64,000 nt of DNA, taken from Octopus vulgaris. Its lineage: Eukaryota. The notes under the pieces are model-generated. The model was given only the letters and a program-made list of their open reading frames with translations. It ran no database searches and had not been told where the DNA came from. A program made the translations under genes and the position numbers. The stretch's first letter is position 1; the number at the start of each line of letters is the position of its first letter. The stretch lies in NCBI GenBank assembly GCA_951406725.2, contig OX597817.1, forward strand, positions 154,938,001 to 155,002,000, given 5' to 3'. Shown in pieces: positions 51,873 through 64,000 of the stretch.

Positions 51873-52645
51873 CCATAAAAATCCATGTAATTTATGCACA
51901 TTCTTTTGGCAAAAATAAAAACAAACTTTGGGGGAGGTGCATAAATCACATTTCCAGAATTTTTTTAGAAATTTTTTTGTTGAAAAAAGATGTACAAAAC
52001 ATTTGTACTGGAAGTTGACTTATTTAATGGGCTTAAATATAATAAAGGTGACTTTTATTTATGCTGGACAGTATAATGCTTACTTTTTCTGTATAAATTT
52101 ACGATAACCATCAAATGGTTAGCTACTTTTTGAAGTTTGATGTACATGCTAGTAATTACAGTCCGAGCCATATTTTACTTGGTTAAGTAAAGTGTCATCC
52201 AAGCTAATGTTTATTGGTAATTTAAACTTAATTCGCAATACCTGTGTGAATTTATCAGCTTTGTTTTTGTTGATAATTCTTATCAACAACTTTACTTGTG
52301 ATCGTGGTTTGAGAAGACATGCAGCAGTATGCTAAGGATTGGACATAATCTCTTGTGGGCAAGTCATGTAAAATTAAGTTTATTATAAACAAGATTATCC
52401 ACCATCTTTCCTTGGGCACTTTTTCGAATTCCATGACAAACACTTGCAGACATGCTTATAAAATCAAAAAATAACACAGCACCCATGACTTTCAGAAACC
52501 CTTTTTCCCCCCCCTGGCTATATCGGCAATTTTGAAAACTTTGAGGTGTGAATTTTACATGAGTAGAAGCTTTGTTTAACAAATTTTATCCTGAAAATCG
52601 CGGGCGTAAATTACACAGGTGCGCAATTTACATGGGTTTTTATGG
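51873..52645. mobile_element. TA-TSD MITE, Tc2/pogo-like
   Basis: TIR CCATAAAAATCCATGTAATTTATGCAC vs the reverse complement CCATAAAAACCCATGTAAATTGCGCAC. TA on both sides. Confidence 0.75.
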
Positions 52646-53211
52646 TACTTTCAAAACACCGGTTTTCAGTCTTTAAACATCAAGATTTCAGTCATTTGTA
52701 ATGCATCCATTAATTTTAGTTAGGTCAAATGGTATTAATTAGGTGAAACAGTAAGGTTGCAAGCTGGCAGAAATGTTTGCATGCTGAGCAAAATGCTTAG
52801 CAGTATTTTGTCTGTCTTTACATTCTAAGTTCAAATTCTGCCAAGGTTGACCTTTCGAGGCTGATAAATTAAGTACCAGTTGTGTACTGGAGTCGATCTA
52901 ATCGACTGGCCCTCTCCCCAAAAATTTCAGGCCTTGTGCCTTGAGTAGAAAAGATTAATTAGGTATAACAGTACAGTCTTTAGTAGTGCTTCTGTAGGAT
53001 CTAATGTTGATGTCAATGAGATGATTCAAAAACTCTGCTCTCACCTACAGTTAAACAATAACAATAAAAACAGATATTATATATTAAAAGAGGGAGAGAG
53101 TGATGATGATGATGATTTGCATATGACCAATATATTTAACTGTAAAATCACACATTTGCCACTAATGTTCTTGAGACTTTCTATTTTGTTTTTTTTTTCT
53201 TATTTATTTAG

Positions 53212-53349
53212 CTGAAAGATAGACTTTATCAAAACCAAGTGTTGTTTGGTTGTATTGATACATGGCTTCTATGGAAACTAACTGCTGGTCGAGTACATGC
53301 CACAGATTACTCTTGTGCCAGTTCCACCGGACTCTTTGATCCATTTCAG
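53212..53349 (+). CDS. GK5: GK5-like coding exon 7 ([46 protein letters not shown])
   Basis: tttAG acceptor, CAG|GTAAGA donor, 138 nt. Contains the [12 protein letters not shown] and HATD.S.AS.TGLFD motifs. Confidence 0.95.
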
Positions 53350-53762
53350 GTAAGAAAACTTTTCAATTTAATGTTTTTGCTTTAGTTTCTTAAAAAGAAA
53401 AAGGAAATTTTTCTTGATTGTACAGGTTCATTAGGTCTAAGCTGGTCCTACCGGCCATATCCAGCACAAATATCTTACCTGTTTTATTAATCCGACTGGC
53501 CAGATCTAACCTCTCAAACCTACTCTCAATGTCATTCTAAAAATAAATGATTACATCATAGAATCGCAAAGCTATGAGATAATGCATGATTAATTCAAAC
53601 ACTAGGCTTAGGAGTGGCTGTGTGGTAAGTAGTTCGCTCACTAACCACATGGTTCCGGGTTCAGTCCCACTGCGTGGCACCTTGGGCAAGTGTCTTCTAC
53701 TATAGCCTCGGGCCGACCAATGCCTTTTGAATGGATTTGGTAGACGGAAACTGAAAGAAGCC

Positions 53763-53814
<52 letters not shown>

Positions 53815-54836
53815 ATATGTTTGTGTGTCTGTGTTTGTCCCCACCCCAACATCGCTTGACAACCGATGCTGGTGTGTTTAGGTCCCCGTAACTTAGCAGT
53901 TCGGCAAAAGAGACCAATAGAATAAGTACTAGGTTTACAAAGAATAAGTCCTGGGGTCGATTTGCTCCAGCATGGCGGTGCTCCAGCATGGCCACAGTCA
54001 AATGACTGAAACAAGTAAAAGAGTAAAAGAATATGAATAAATAGGCATTACAGCAGAGTTAACCTCCCAGCTGTTGCAGTTCCCCATTTTCAGTTGAATG
54101 GACTGAAGCAATGTAAAAGGAAGTGCTTTTCTTAAGGATGCACTTTATAAACCAGTTTAGGAACTGAACCCAAGGCCTGATGATTCTAAGATCAACATCC
54201 TAACTATAGTTTGTATTAATTTATCTGAACATTCAGAGTTAATTCTGATTCAAACTTCGACAAAATTATAAAATAAAAACAATTTTATATGGTTATCAAA
54301 AATCTTTACATGCTTTAGATGTGGTGAGAATTACATTATCCAAACAATCCTATTACTTAGAAAATGAATGATAGTTCACTGACAACAAATACGTGATATG
54401 AACACTAGAAAAATATGCACCCTGTGAACATTAGGTCAATATACTGGAATTCAGTGAATGAATTTTAAGCTATTCCCAATATACCAATATACAGAAGAAT
54501 GAATTTTCTTTTTATTGAAAGTATGAACCAAGCTTAAATTAAGAATTAATTATGGCATTTTTAATTTCAAATATCAGTATTTGTGAAACTCCACTGTCTT
54601 TCTCTTTTTTGGCATGTGTGTGTATTTGTTATTAATTATAATTATAATTTAATTTCTAGAAAATATGCTAGTGATTTTATGATTTTTTTAAAAAATATGT
54701 AAAGAATTCAGAGGCTTATGTTTGTGTAGGGGGTTGGGCAGTGCATGTTTACTTTCATTTACCTAAGCTAAAATAAGAAAATTCTTCTAAAACCTACAAT
54801 ATTTATATGAAAACACTACAGGGACAGTTCTGTCTC

Positions 54837-54837
<1 letters not shown>

Positions 54838-54870
<33 letters not shown>

Positions 54871-54979
54871 ATATATGTGTGTGTGTATATGTGTGTGTGT
54901 GTGTATATATGTGTGTGTGTATATGTGTGTGTGTATATATATATGTGTGTGTGTGTGTGCATATATATATATATGTGTG

Positions 54980-55010
<31 letters not shown>
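54838..55010. repeat. Compound (TA)n/(TG)n microsatellite
   Basis: Read directly. Confidence 0.92.
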
Positions 55011-55011
<1 letters not shown>

Positions 55012-55472
55012 GACACAGGCATGACTGTGTGGTTAAGAATTTTACTTCCCAACACATTTGGTTTTGAGTTCAGTCTCCACTGACTGGCACCTTGGGCAAG
55101 TGTCTTCTATTATAAACTTGGGTTGACCAAAGCTTTGCGAGTAGATTTAGTTGACAGAAGCTGAAAGAAGCTTGTTGTGTGTTTGTTTGTTTGTGTTCTG
55201 ACATTATATGGATGTTGTAAATGAATGTCATTCACTTGCAATATTCTGCAATAACATGTTTAGCCATGGAGTAATGTTACCTTGCTGGGAACCATGTAAG
55301 GGTTAGTTACAGGAAGAGCATTCCGCTGTAGAAAATCTGCCTCAGTAAACTCCATTTGACTCATGCAAGCTATGTATGAGTAGTTATTTAAATGATAGTG
55401 ATGTTGTTAATGATTGATGATCCCCCGTTCATTCACTATCACTGTTTCACTTTTGTTTTCTTCCTCTTTCCA

Positions 55473-55535
<63 letters not shown>

Positions 55536-58458
55536 ATTATTCAATTATATCCTCTAATGGCAAGTAGATGAGGGGTTTGTATAAGTTCCTGGTATCTGCA
55601 CTTCTGCCTCAGTAATACTCTAAGTATACCAGAATTTTCTATTATTGCACCACATGGTTCCAAGAACAGATTCTTTTGAGAGAGTTTGTTTATTATTTTA
55701 TCGGTTTCCTTCTACATATTATCAGTTGGTCAGTAATGACTGCAGCTGTGATAGTCATTTACTCTTTCCTTATATATTAGCAGATATATTCTGACTTCCT
55801 CTTCCAGGCTCTGTAGCTGAAGTGAAACCATTTCTGGTGTAATAAACAGAAACCCCGTTGAAAAATGACATACCATCTGTTGCTTCTGGAGAAGTCATTT
55901 TGAAATCAATAGTTTAAGAATTCTATTAGCTTTGCCTTTTTTGCTTGCTTTCTCTCCTCCAGAAAGCTGGTCAATCTTACATCGTTTCTTTGTTTTGTTA
56001 ATGATGTGTAACCAACATGTGTGTGTGTGTGTGTGTACATGCATGCTTTGGTTGCCATATTTTATGTTATGTGATACTGTGTCTGTCAGTCAATGCTTCA
56101 GAATTGGGAGTTCAATGATATCAGTTTGATTAATTTCACTTTGACGTGTCAATGAATAGAAGTGTTGTTAAGTTTGCCAGAATATTACCAGATAACCTGC
56201 TGTACTGGTGAGAAATATGCTAAAGCTCTATGATATATGCCATCCAGCTGGTTAGTCATCACATGTGAATGATGCGTGTCTTGATTTCATACTATTTTTC
56301 TTTTTCTGTTTTACATCCATTTTTCCAATCTAACATACATGGAATTTGTGTTCTTTTGGTTTCCAAAATATAACATATTTTTCTCTTCCAAAAAGGCACA
56401 GGTGTGGTTGTGTGGTAAGAAGTTGGCTTCCCAGCCACAGATTCCAGGTTCAGTCCCACCTTGTGCAAATGTCTTTTACTGCCCTTAGCCAACCAAAGCC
56501 TTAAAAGTGTATTTAGTAGACAAAAACTGGAAGGAGCCTGTCTTGTGTATGTGTGTCTGTGTGTGTGTGCGTCTGTCTGTCTGTGTGTTTGTGTTTGTCC
56601 CCAGCCATTGCTTGGCAACTGATGTTAGTTTGCTCACATCCCCATAGGGTAAAACAAACCAATAAAATAAGTACCAGGCTTTAAAAAATGATATTGGGAT
56701 TCATTCATTTGACTTAAGCCCTTCAAGATGGTGCCCCAGTATGACCACAGTCCAATGACTGAAACAAGTAAAAGATAAAGATATTTGTAATTTTTTTGTA
56801 AGTAGTCATTTTTTTTTCCCAGCTGGATCTCCTACCTTAATCATAGTAATTCACTGATTTCCAATCTATTTCCAAAACTGGAACTCTAAATGGCGTACTA
56901 TATAATTGATTGGTAAACTTATATATAACTGTCATAGCTGAAGCTATTTAGGCACCATCCATCTCTCGTTTCTCGAATTAGAAGTTTCCTATCTGACTGT
57001 TTTATTAGTGTGTCTATAAATAAAAGTACTTACCATTTCTAGTCTATTGACTCGAATGTGTTTCAGTGTTTAGAAATATCTCCCACACTTGTTTCTTGTA
57101 CTTAAAAGACCGGATTGCCATTACCTCTAGCCACACCTTTTCCTGTGTAACCCTAGACCTTTCCCACCACACTTGTAACCAATTTCATGAAGTGGGACCT
57201 TCAAAACATCCTTCATAGAAGACATGGGAAGTTAAGTTTCATTGAACAGCAGCAAAACTAACCGCTACTCATATGAAAAGAATGTTCCCATCACAGTACC
57301 ATATCGTCTCTATTTATGAACAATACACAAATAACACCTTTAAAGACACCACAAATTCTGCCTCATACTATTTTTCTCTTTCTTTTAAACTGTTATACAT
57401 CCATTTTTCCAATCTAACATACATGGAATTTGTGTTCTTTTGGTTTCCAAAATATAACATATTTTTCTCTTCCAAAAAGGCACAGGTGTGGCTGTGTGGT
57501 AAGAAGTTGGCTTCCCAGCCACAGGTTCCAGGTTCAGTCCCACCTTGTGCAAATGTCTTCTACTGCCCTTGGCCAACCAAAGCCTTAAGAGTGGATTTAG
57601 TAGACAAAAACCGGAAGGAGCCTGTCTCATGTATGTATGTATGTGTGTGTCTGTCTGCCTCACACAACTACATCACAAAAGTTGATCTTGCACCTCTAGG
57701 TTACAAAGAATTTGCTAAAAATTAATTCAGCTCTGACCAGTTTCAGAGCTTCTATAAGTACTGTGGTGGATGTAATTGATAACTCCTCTAAAATGTGTGG
57801 CCTTTGTCCTATGTCAGAATCATTAGAACCAGAAAAAAAATATGTCTTATGATATTTGTCCTAGTTCTTTACATTCCAAGTTCAAATCTCACCAAGGCCA
57901 GCATTGGCTTTCATCCTTCGGGCATCAATAAAATAAAATACCCCTTAAGTACTGGGGTTGATATAATCAATCGTGTACCTATATAAGAAATTGTTGTGAG
58001 TGGTGGTGAATGTGGTGGTGAATGTGGTGGTGAATGTGGTGGCTGTGGTGGCAGCAGCTGTGGTGGTGGCCGTTGTCATCATAGTCGTTGTCATAGATTT
58101 TTTTTTTTTTTACTGTTTTGCACCATTCTCTCATGTTTGCACAGCTGAACTGGTATATTTGTTGGAACTGTTGTTTTGTTTTTACAGCTGGATGCTCCCC
58201 ACTTCCTACTCTTAGCTACTCATCCATGAATCCAGTTTGGATCTTGTTTTCTATTCAGTCAGTCAAACTGGAATGGGAGTTAGGGAGGAAAAGGTTATAT
58301 GACTAGTTCGGTGACGGGAAGCGGGGGATTACACAATGGTTGTAGTTGTATAAGATTTGAACCAATAATCACCTTAACATTTTAGTTATTTCATTTTTTT
58401 TTTTTTCATTGATTGATTATTGTTTGTCATTTATTCATAAATTTGTTTACTTTACCAG

Positions 58459-58532
58459 ATGGAATGGAGTTCAGTGGTGTGCAAGTTACTGGACATTCCC
58501 ATGACAATCTTTCCTGAACTCAAAGACACAAG
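58459..58532 (+). CDS. GK5: GK5-like coding exon 8 (MEWSSVVCKLLDIPMTIFPELKDTS)
   Basis: tacCAG acceptor, AG|GTAATC donor, 74 nt, phase 0 to 2. Matches the W...L.IP...LP motif. Confidence 0.92.
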
Positions 58533-58657
58533 GTAATCTTGAGGTTATGTAGAGGACATTATTATTTTCCAGTTCTATATTTAAGAGATGAGAAATTATT
58601 TACACTATTTACATTATTTATATTTGACAGATATTTGTCCTCATCTTGTTTGTTGTT

Positions 58658-58703
58658 AACACAACCTTTCAGCTGATATACCCTCCAGCCTTCATCAGGT
58701 GTC
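58658..58703 (-). ncRNA. Minimal hammerhead fold in tRNA-headed element, left copy
   Basis: Minus strand reads GACAC-CTGATGA-AGGCTG..CAGCT-GAAA-GGTT-GTGTT. Stem III has C to G relative to the partner copy. Confidence 0.6.
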
Positions 58704-59167
58704 TTGGGGAAATTTTGAACCTGGGTTCTCATTCCTAAGGTATTTTTTGATATTGTTATTATTATTATTAAGGTCACTGCCTGGAATCGAACTCGGAAAT
58801 TTGGGGTCAGCAGCCCACGCTCTTAACCACTACGCCATAAGGTTTTTATAATTACCGATGTTAGGTTTTGTATGGTAAAAAAATGCAAATTTTTTTTCCA
58901 GTCAGGATATGAGAACAATGCAAGTGAGAGATGCCCACTACTTCAACTGACCAATGGACATTTAATATTTTATTGTTTTGTAACCAGACATATGCCCACA
59001 GGCATATGTAAATGCCGTATGCCCACAGGCATATGGTGTAGTGGTTAAGAGCACAGGCTACTAACCCCAAGATTCCGAGTTCAATTCCAGTCAGTGCCCT
59101 TAATAATAATTATAACAACATCAAAGAATACCTTAGGAATGAGAACCCCAGTTCAAAATTTCCCCAA

Positions 59168-59213
59168 GACATCTGATGAAGGCTGAAGGATATATCAGCC
59201 AAAACGTTGTGTT
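59168..59213 (+). ncRNA. Minimal hammerhead fold in tRNA-headed element, right copy
   Basis: GACAT-CTGATGA-AGGCTG..CAGCC-AAAA-CGTT-GTGTT (G12A). The consensus of the two copies gives a canonical core with AACGTT palindrome. Confidence 0.6.
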
Positions 59214-60219
59214 AACAATAAACAAGATGAAGACAAATATCCGTCAAATATAAATAATGTAAACAGTGTAAATAATGTATTATTATTTTTATTATTGACT
59301 AATCCCCTCCCTTCAAAATTGGCAGCCTTGTTCCTAAATTAGAAACAATATTATTATTATTATTATTACTATTATTATTATTATTATTATTATTAGTTTT
59401 ACTTCTCAGAGTACTCAGTTTTGTTTGCTCTGATAGATTCTGTGAGAGTGGATAGCAGCTTGCTGTCAGAGGTCTCGCAGGATCCCTTTCTGCATGTTAT
59501 AAGCTTTGGCACTTGGTTGTTAATTATCATGCTACCCACATAAATTTGATTACATCGACCCCCAGTGTTTAATCGGTACTTAATATATCAACCCCTTTTT
59601 ATGCTACCCACATCAATTCTACCAAGGAATAAGACCAAACCTGAGTCAAACCAAATAATAAATAATGTTAGACATAGCTGAAGTTTAAAATGATATTATC
59701 ACTTGCAGTGTCACACAAATTTTTTTTTTTTTTTTCTACTTGTTTCAGTCATTTGACTGCAGCCATGCTGGAGCACTGCCTTTAGTCGAGCAAATCGACC
59801 CTGGGACTTATTCTTTGTAAGCCCAGTACTTATTCTATCGGTCTCTTTTGCCTAACCGCTAAGTGACGGGGACGTAAACACACCAGCATCGGTTGTCAAG
59901 CAATGCTAGGGGAACAAACACAGACACACAAACACACACACACACACACACATATATATGACATATATACGACGGGCTTCTTTCAGTTTCCGTCTACCAA
60001 ATCCACTCACAAGGCTTTGGTCGGCCCGAGGCTATAGTAGAAGACACTTGCCCAAGGTGCCATGCAGTGGGACTGAACCCGGAACCATGTGGTTGGTTAG
60101 CAAGCTACTTACCACGCAGCCACTCCTGTGCCTATAGATCTAAAGACTTAGTATTTGGTGATTTGCTGCTGATTACTCTTTATTTCTCTATTGTATAATT
60201 TTCTTCTTATCTCTTGCAG

Positions 60220-60280
60220 TGGATTATTTGGCAGGTGTGATCCTCAGATTTTGGGTGCTGCTATCCCCATCACTGGTATT
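60220..60280 (+). CDS. GK5: GK5-like coding exon 9 (GLFGRCDPQILGAAIPITGI)
   Basis: ttgCAG acceptor, ATT|GTAAGT donor, 61 nt, phase 2 to 0. Confidence 0.92.
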
Positions 60281-60352
60281 GTAAGTATTATATTTATACA
60301 CTCTTTTTCCACATCTCTTTTCTTTGTGGAACTGTTGATATATATATATATA

Positions 60353-60736
60353 CTAGCAGTATCGCCCGGCGTTGCTCGGGTTTGTAAGGGAAATAACTAT
60401 AAAGCATTTTTAGAGAGTTATAGCCAAAAAATGCATTAAAAATGGGAAAAAAAAATGGTAAATTTTTTTTTAAATCGTTGACTCATCGTAGACATTTTTA
60501 GAGAGTTAGTTCCCTTATATAATAGCGAAAAAAATGCATTAAAATGGAAAAAAAATGATGGTAAATTATTTTTAAAATCGTAGACTCATTGTAGACGCGC
60601 GCTAATACCCAGAAGGGCTCGATATGAATCACGACTATAAGATACCCGGTTTTGGTTACACTGCACCGCAAAATGTGGGAGTAGTTAGAAATCTAAATCG
60701 TAGGAGACAGACACACAACTTGACTTTTATATATAA

Positions 60737-60739
<3 letters not shown>
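60353..60739 (-). mobile_element. Non-autonomous Helitron inserted in (TA)n
   Basis: Same termini and body as 33479-33872. Confidence 0.82.
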
Positions 60740-60801
<62 letters not shown>

Positions 60802-61480
60802 TTAATAGTAGGGAATATAAAATTCCAAGGCAACAGGGGAAAACAAACTCAATTTCGTAATACTAAATCAAAGTTCATGAAATATTAAATATATATAGAA
60901 TTAAATGTGTATTATTTTTAATGTGTATTATTTTTAATGTGTATTATTTAGTATAGAAATTTTTAGTACACTGTTTATAATAATATATTTAAATCTATAT
61001 TTTGTTCTAGATAATATCTTTCTTTATTAATTGAATTACTTTATGGAGGTTCTGTCTCTTAATTATATAATATAGGCGCAGGAGTGGCTGTGTGGTAAGT
61101 AGCTTGCTAATCAACCACATGGTTCTGGGTTCAGTCCCACTGCGTGGCATCTTTGGCAAGTGTCTTCTGCCATAGCCCCGGGCCGACCAATGCCTTGTGA
61201 GTTGATTTTTTTAGACGGAAACTGAAAGAAGCCTGTCGTATATATGTATATATATGTAGGTGTGTGTGTGTATATGTTTGTGTGTCTGTGTTTGTACCCC
61301 CTAGCATTGCTTGACAACCGATGCTGGTGTGTTTATGTCCCCCGTCACTTAGCAGTTCGGCAAAAGAGACCGATAGAATAAGTACTGGGCTTACAAAGAA
61401 TAAGTCCCAGGGTCGATTTGCTCGACTAAAAGGCGGTGCTCCAGCATGGCCGCAGTCAAATGACTGAAACGAGTAAAAGA

Positions 61481-61533
<53 letters not shown>

Positions 61534-63503
61534 AACCCTCATGTACAGCTTCCTTTGTAGATAGGGCATGTGAATTGGTTAGAAAGGTGAAGTGTATCTC
61601 TTAGTGTATGTCTCTTTTCTTGTTTCTCCTGGCAATGTTGAATGCATTATTTCTCCTCCATATTTTTAATCCCCACCTCAAACAATGAGCAACAGGTAAT
61701 CATGTCTCCCACTCTTGAAGGATTGGTGTTACTGTTCTTCAAAATGATCTTCAACTGGTCTTTGAACTACGTATTTTGCCCTCTAACCAAGCATTGGCTA
61801 TGGTACAGCTAGTTGCAGATGAAAACATGAATGAGATATGCACACTGCGTGAACCATCTTAAGAAATGCCTATGTATTATATGTATTATGGATACAGTGC
61901 TGTTGATATTGATGTGACAGGATTTTTGTGTGTGTAACCTTCTCTTATGTCATCATCACCATTTCATGTCCTATGGTTTAGACAGTCTTGCAGGATTTGA
62001 TGGCTCCAAAGGCTACACCGTGTTCCAGTGTCTGCTTTGGCATGGTTTCTATGACTGGATGCCCTTCCAAATGCCAGCTACTTTACAGAGTGTACTGGGT
62101 GCTTTTTTCATGCCAGTGGCACAAGTGAGGTTATCATGCAACTCACAAGTCTACAAAACTTGGGAGTAGGTGTTTTGTGCAAAGAAATGAGGGATTAATG
62201 TATGAAAAAAAGGGAAGGCGGGAGGGGTGAGCAAATTCTTTAATACTTTAGCATTCATATTGTTTTGTCAAATGTAATACTTATTTACATTGCTTGGAAT
62301 TAATCTTGCATTATCTTCTATCTTCAAGATTTCAATGATGATGGCTATGATGATCATCATCATTTAACATCTCTCATCCATGCTGACATGGCCTGGACAG
62401 TTTGATCAGAACAGGCAAGCTGGAGAGATGCCTCAGACTCCAATCTGATTTGGCATAGTCTTATGGATGGTCGTGGTCACCGTTATAGTTAGTGGTCCAT
62501 GGTGCATGTAGTGTGGCCATCTAAACGATTCATATCAGAAGGCTGAAATAATACATATGATGTGCCAGTTGGAAAAAAGAAGAGACACAACCACGTAGAA
62601 GGCTTATGAAAGATTTATTGATATCTTTACATGCATCTGTGTGGGTTGTATGTTTGCTGTTAACCATGGTGAAGTAGTTCACGAACAGTGCTATGTTAGA
62701 ACCTGTGCAGTGTGGCTGGTGCTGTGTACATAGAGATGTTGTTGACAACATTGGTGAGAGACATGATGGTGGCAACAAAGATGGAGATCGCTGCAATGCT
62801 TTTGGACATGTGTTGTCTGGCATCATTGCTGGAACTGGCTGTGTTGTGTGGTCAGTGGTTAGACCTTAGAAGGTCTGGAACCAAAGACTTCGAGACAAGA
62901 AGTTGAGCTTTCATAAGTAACAGTAGGCTCAAATTGGATTTTGAACAGACTGTTTCACGAGATTTTATTTAGGGACTTCGATTGGTTAGATTGCATGTCA
63001 GCACAATAAAGTAAGAGACAAATTGCACCAATACCAGCCAATCGGAGTGGTAGACACAACAGGGTCCAAACAGCAGCCAAAGGTTAGCTGTTATCTGATA
63101 CGTTCAGATGTATGTATATATAATAAAGGAGAGAGGCATTTCACTAGAGTGTACACTACAGTCTCTATGGTTGGATGCCCTTCCTAACACCAATCACTTT
63201 ACAGAGTGTGGGTGCTTTTACGTGATTGTATATTTTTAGAATAACATTGTAAGGTAAGTGAGGCAGGTAGGATCTGGTCAGTTTGAATCTGAAACAGATT
63301 GAATATTTTGGCCTGATATGGCTGGTTTAAATGCTAAAGGGTCAATAGAGAGAATACCATTTGAGAAAATACTTGAAATAACTTTGTTTATACAACTGCT
63401 CAGTTAGACTGACCTGGGACTAAAGAACTTGAATCTTTATTCACTTCTTTACTTATTCCATCTGTGATTTATAATGTTTTTTTTTTCTTTATGTATCTCA
63501 CAG

Positions 63504-63630
63504 GTTGCTGATCAGCAAGGAGCCATGTTTGGAGACTGCTGTTATACTGTTGGTGATGTAAAATGTACAATGGGTTCCGGAACCTTCATTGATCTAAATA
63601 CTGGCAATCAACCTCATGCTTCCATTGCAG
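63504..63630 (+). CDS. GK5: GK5-like coding exon 10 (VADQQGAMFGDCCYTVGDVKCTMGSGTFIDLNTGNQPHASIA); gene continues beyond the window
   Basis: caCAG acceptor, G|GTATTG donor, 127 nt. Contains the DQQ.A.FG and K.T.G.G.F motifs. Confidence 0.95.
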
Positions 63631-64000
63631 GTATTGTATGAATGTAATCAATTTAACTGTCCCTTGTACTTATCCACCCCCAAAAAGTCAAAATAGTCCC
63701 TGGTGAGATATGAACTCAAAATGTTAAGTGACATTACTAAATATTATAATGTCTAAGTGGTGGAAGCACTCCGTCGGTTACGACGATGAGGGTTCCGGTT
63801 GATCCGAATCAATGGAACAGCCTGCTCGTGAAGTTAACGTGTAAGTGGCTGAGCACTCCACAGACACATGTACCCTTAACGTAGTTCTCGGGGATATTCA
63901 GCGTGACACAGAGAGTGACAAGGCCGGCCCTTTGAAATACAGGTACAACAGAAACAGGAAGAAAGAGTGAGAGAAAGTTGTGGTGAAAGAGTACAGCAGG

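Larger units (their letters stand above)
58570..59276. mobile_element. Head-to-head inverted pair of a tRNA-headed, hammerhead-tailed short element
   Basis: Arms of about 245 bp at 58595-58839 and 59032-59276 are reverse complements. A-box-like TGGYGTAGTGG and B-box-like GAGTTCRATTCC sit at the inner ends. Confidence 0.75.

Noticed and set aside
62500-63110. Possible solo LTR or exon in GK5 intron 9
   Set aside because: No TG..CA ends with TSD and no recognisable coding motif. Exons 9 and 10 already join in frame.

Overview
AT-rich, repeat-dense eukaryotic DNA. The SINE/LINE/MITE repertoire and microsatellite load point to an octopod cephalopod genome; this is an inference from repeat families I recognise. 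Nearly all ORFs in the track are microsatellite or repeat artefacts. The one supportable host gene is an intron-rich FGGY-family kinase of the glycerol kinase 5 (GK5) type on the + strand. Ten coding exons (36953-63630; 955 nt, about 318 aa) join in frame with canonical AG/GT sites, and the gene runs off the right end of the window. The rest is at least five SINE families, RTE and CR1 LINE 3' fragments, a decayed Tc1 element, a DD37D-type mariner remnant, MITEs (TTAA piggyBac-like, 8-bp-TSD Merlin-like, TA-TSD, hAT-like) and two non-autonomous Helitrons. The most unusual signal is a set of short non-coding elements, mostly embedded in (TA)n tracts, that carry minimal type I hammerhead ribozyme folds with palindromic stem III. 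There are seven folds, from several distinct sequence families. One has a compensatory U3-A8 core, one lies in a 341-bp direct-repeat unit, and one family joins a tRNA-like Pol III head to a hammerhead tail and forms an inverted pair in a GK5 intron. All folds were read by eye and their activity is untested.
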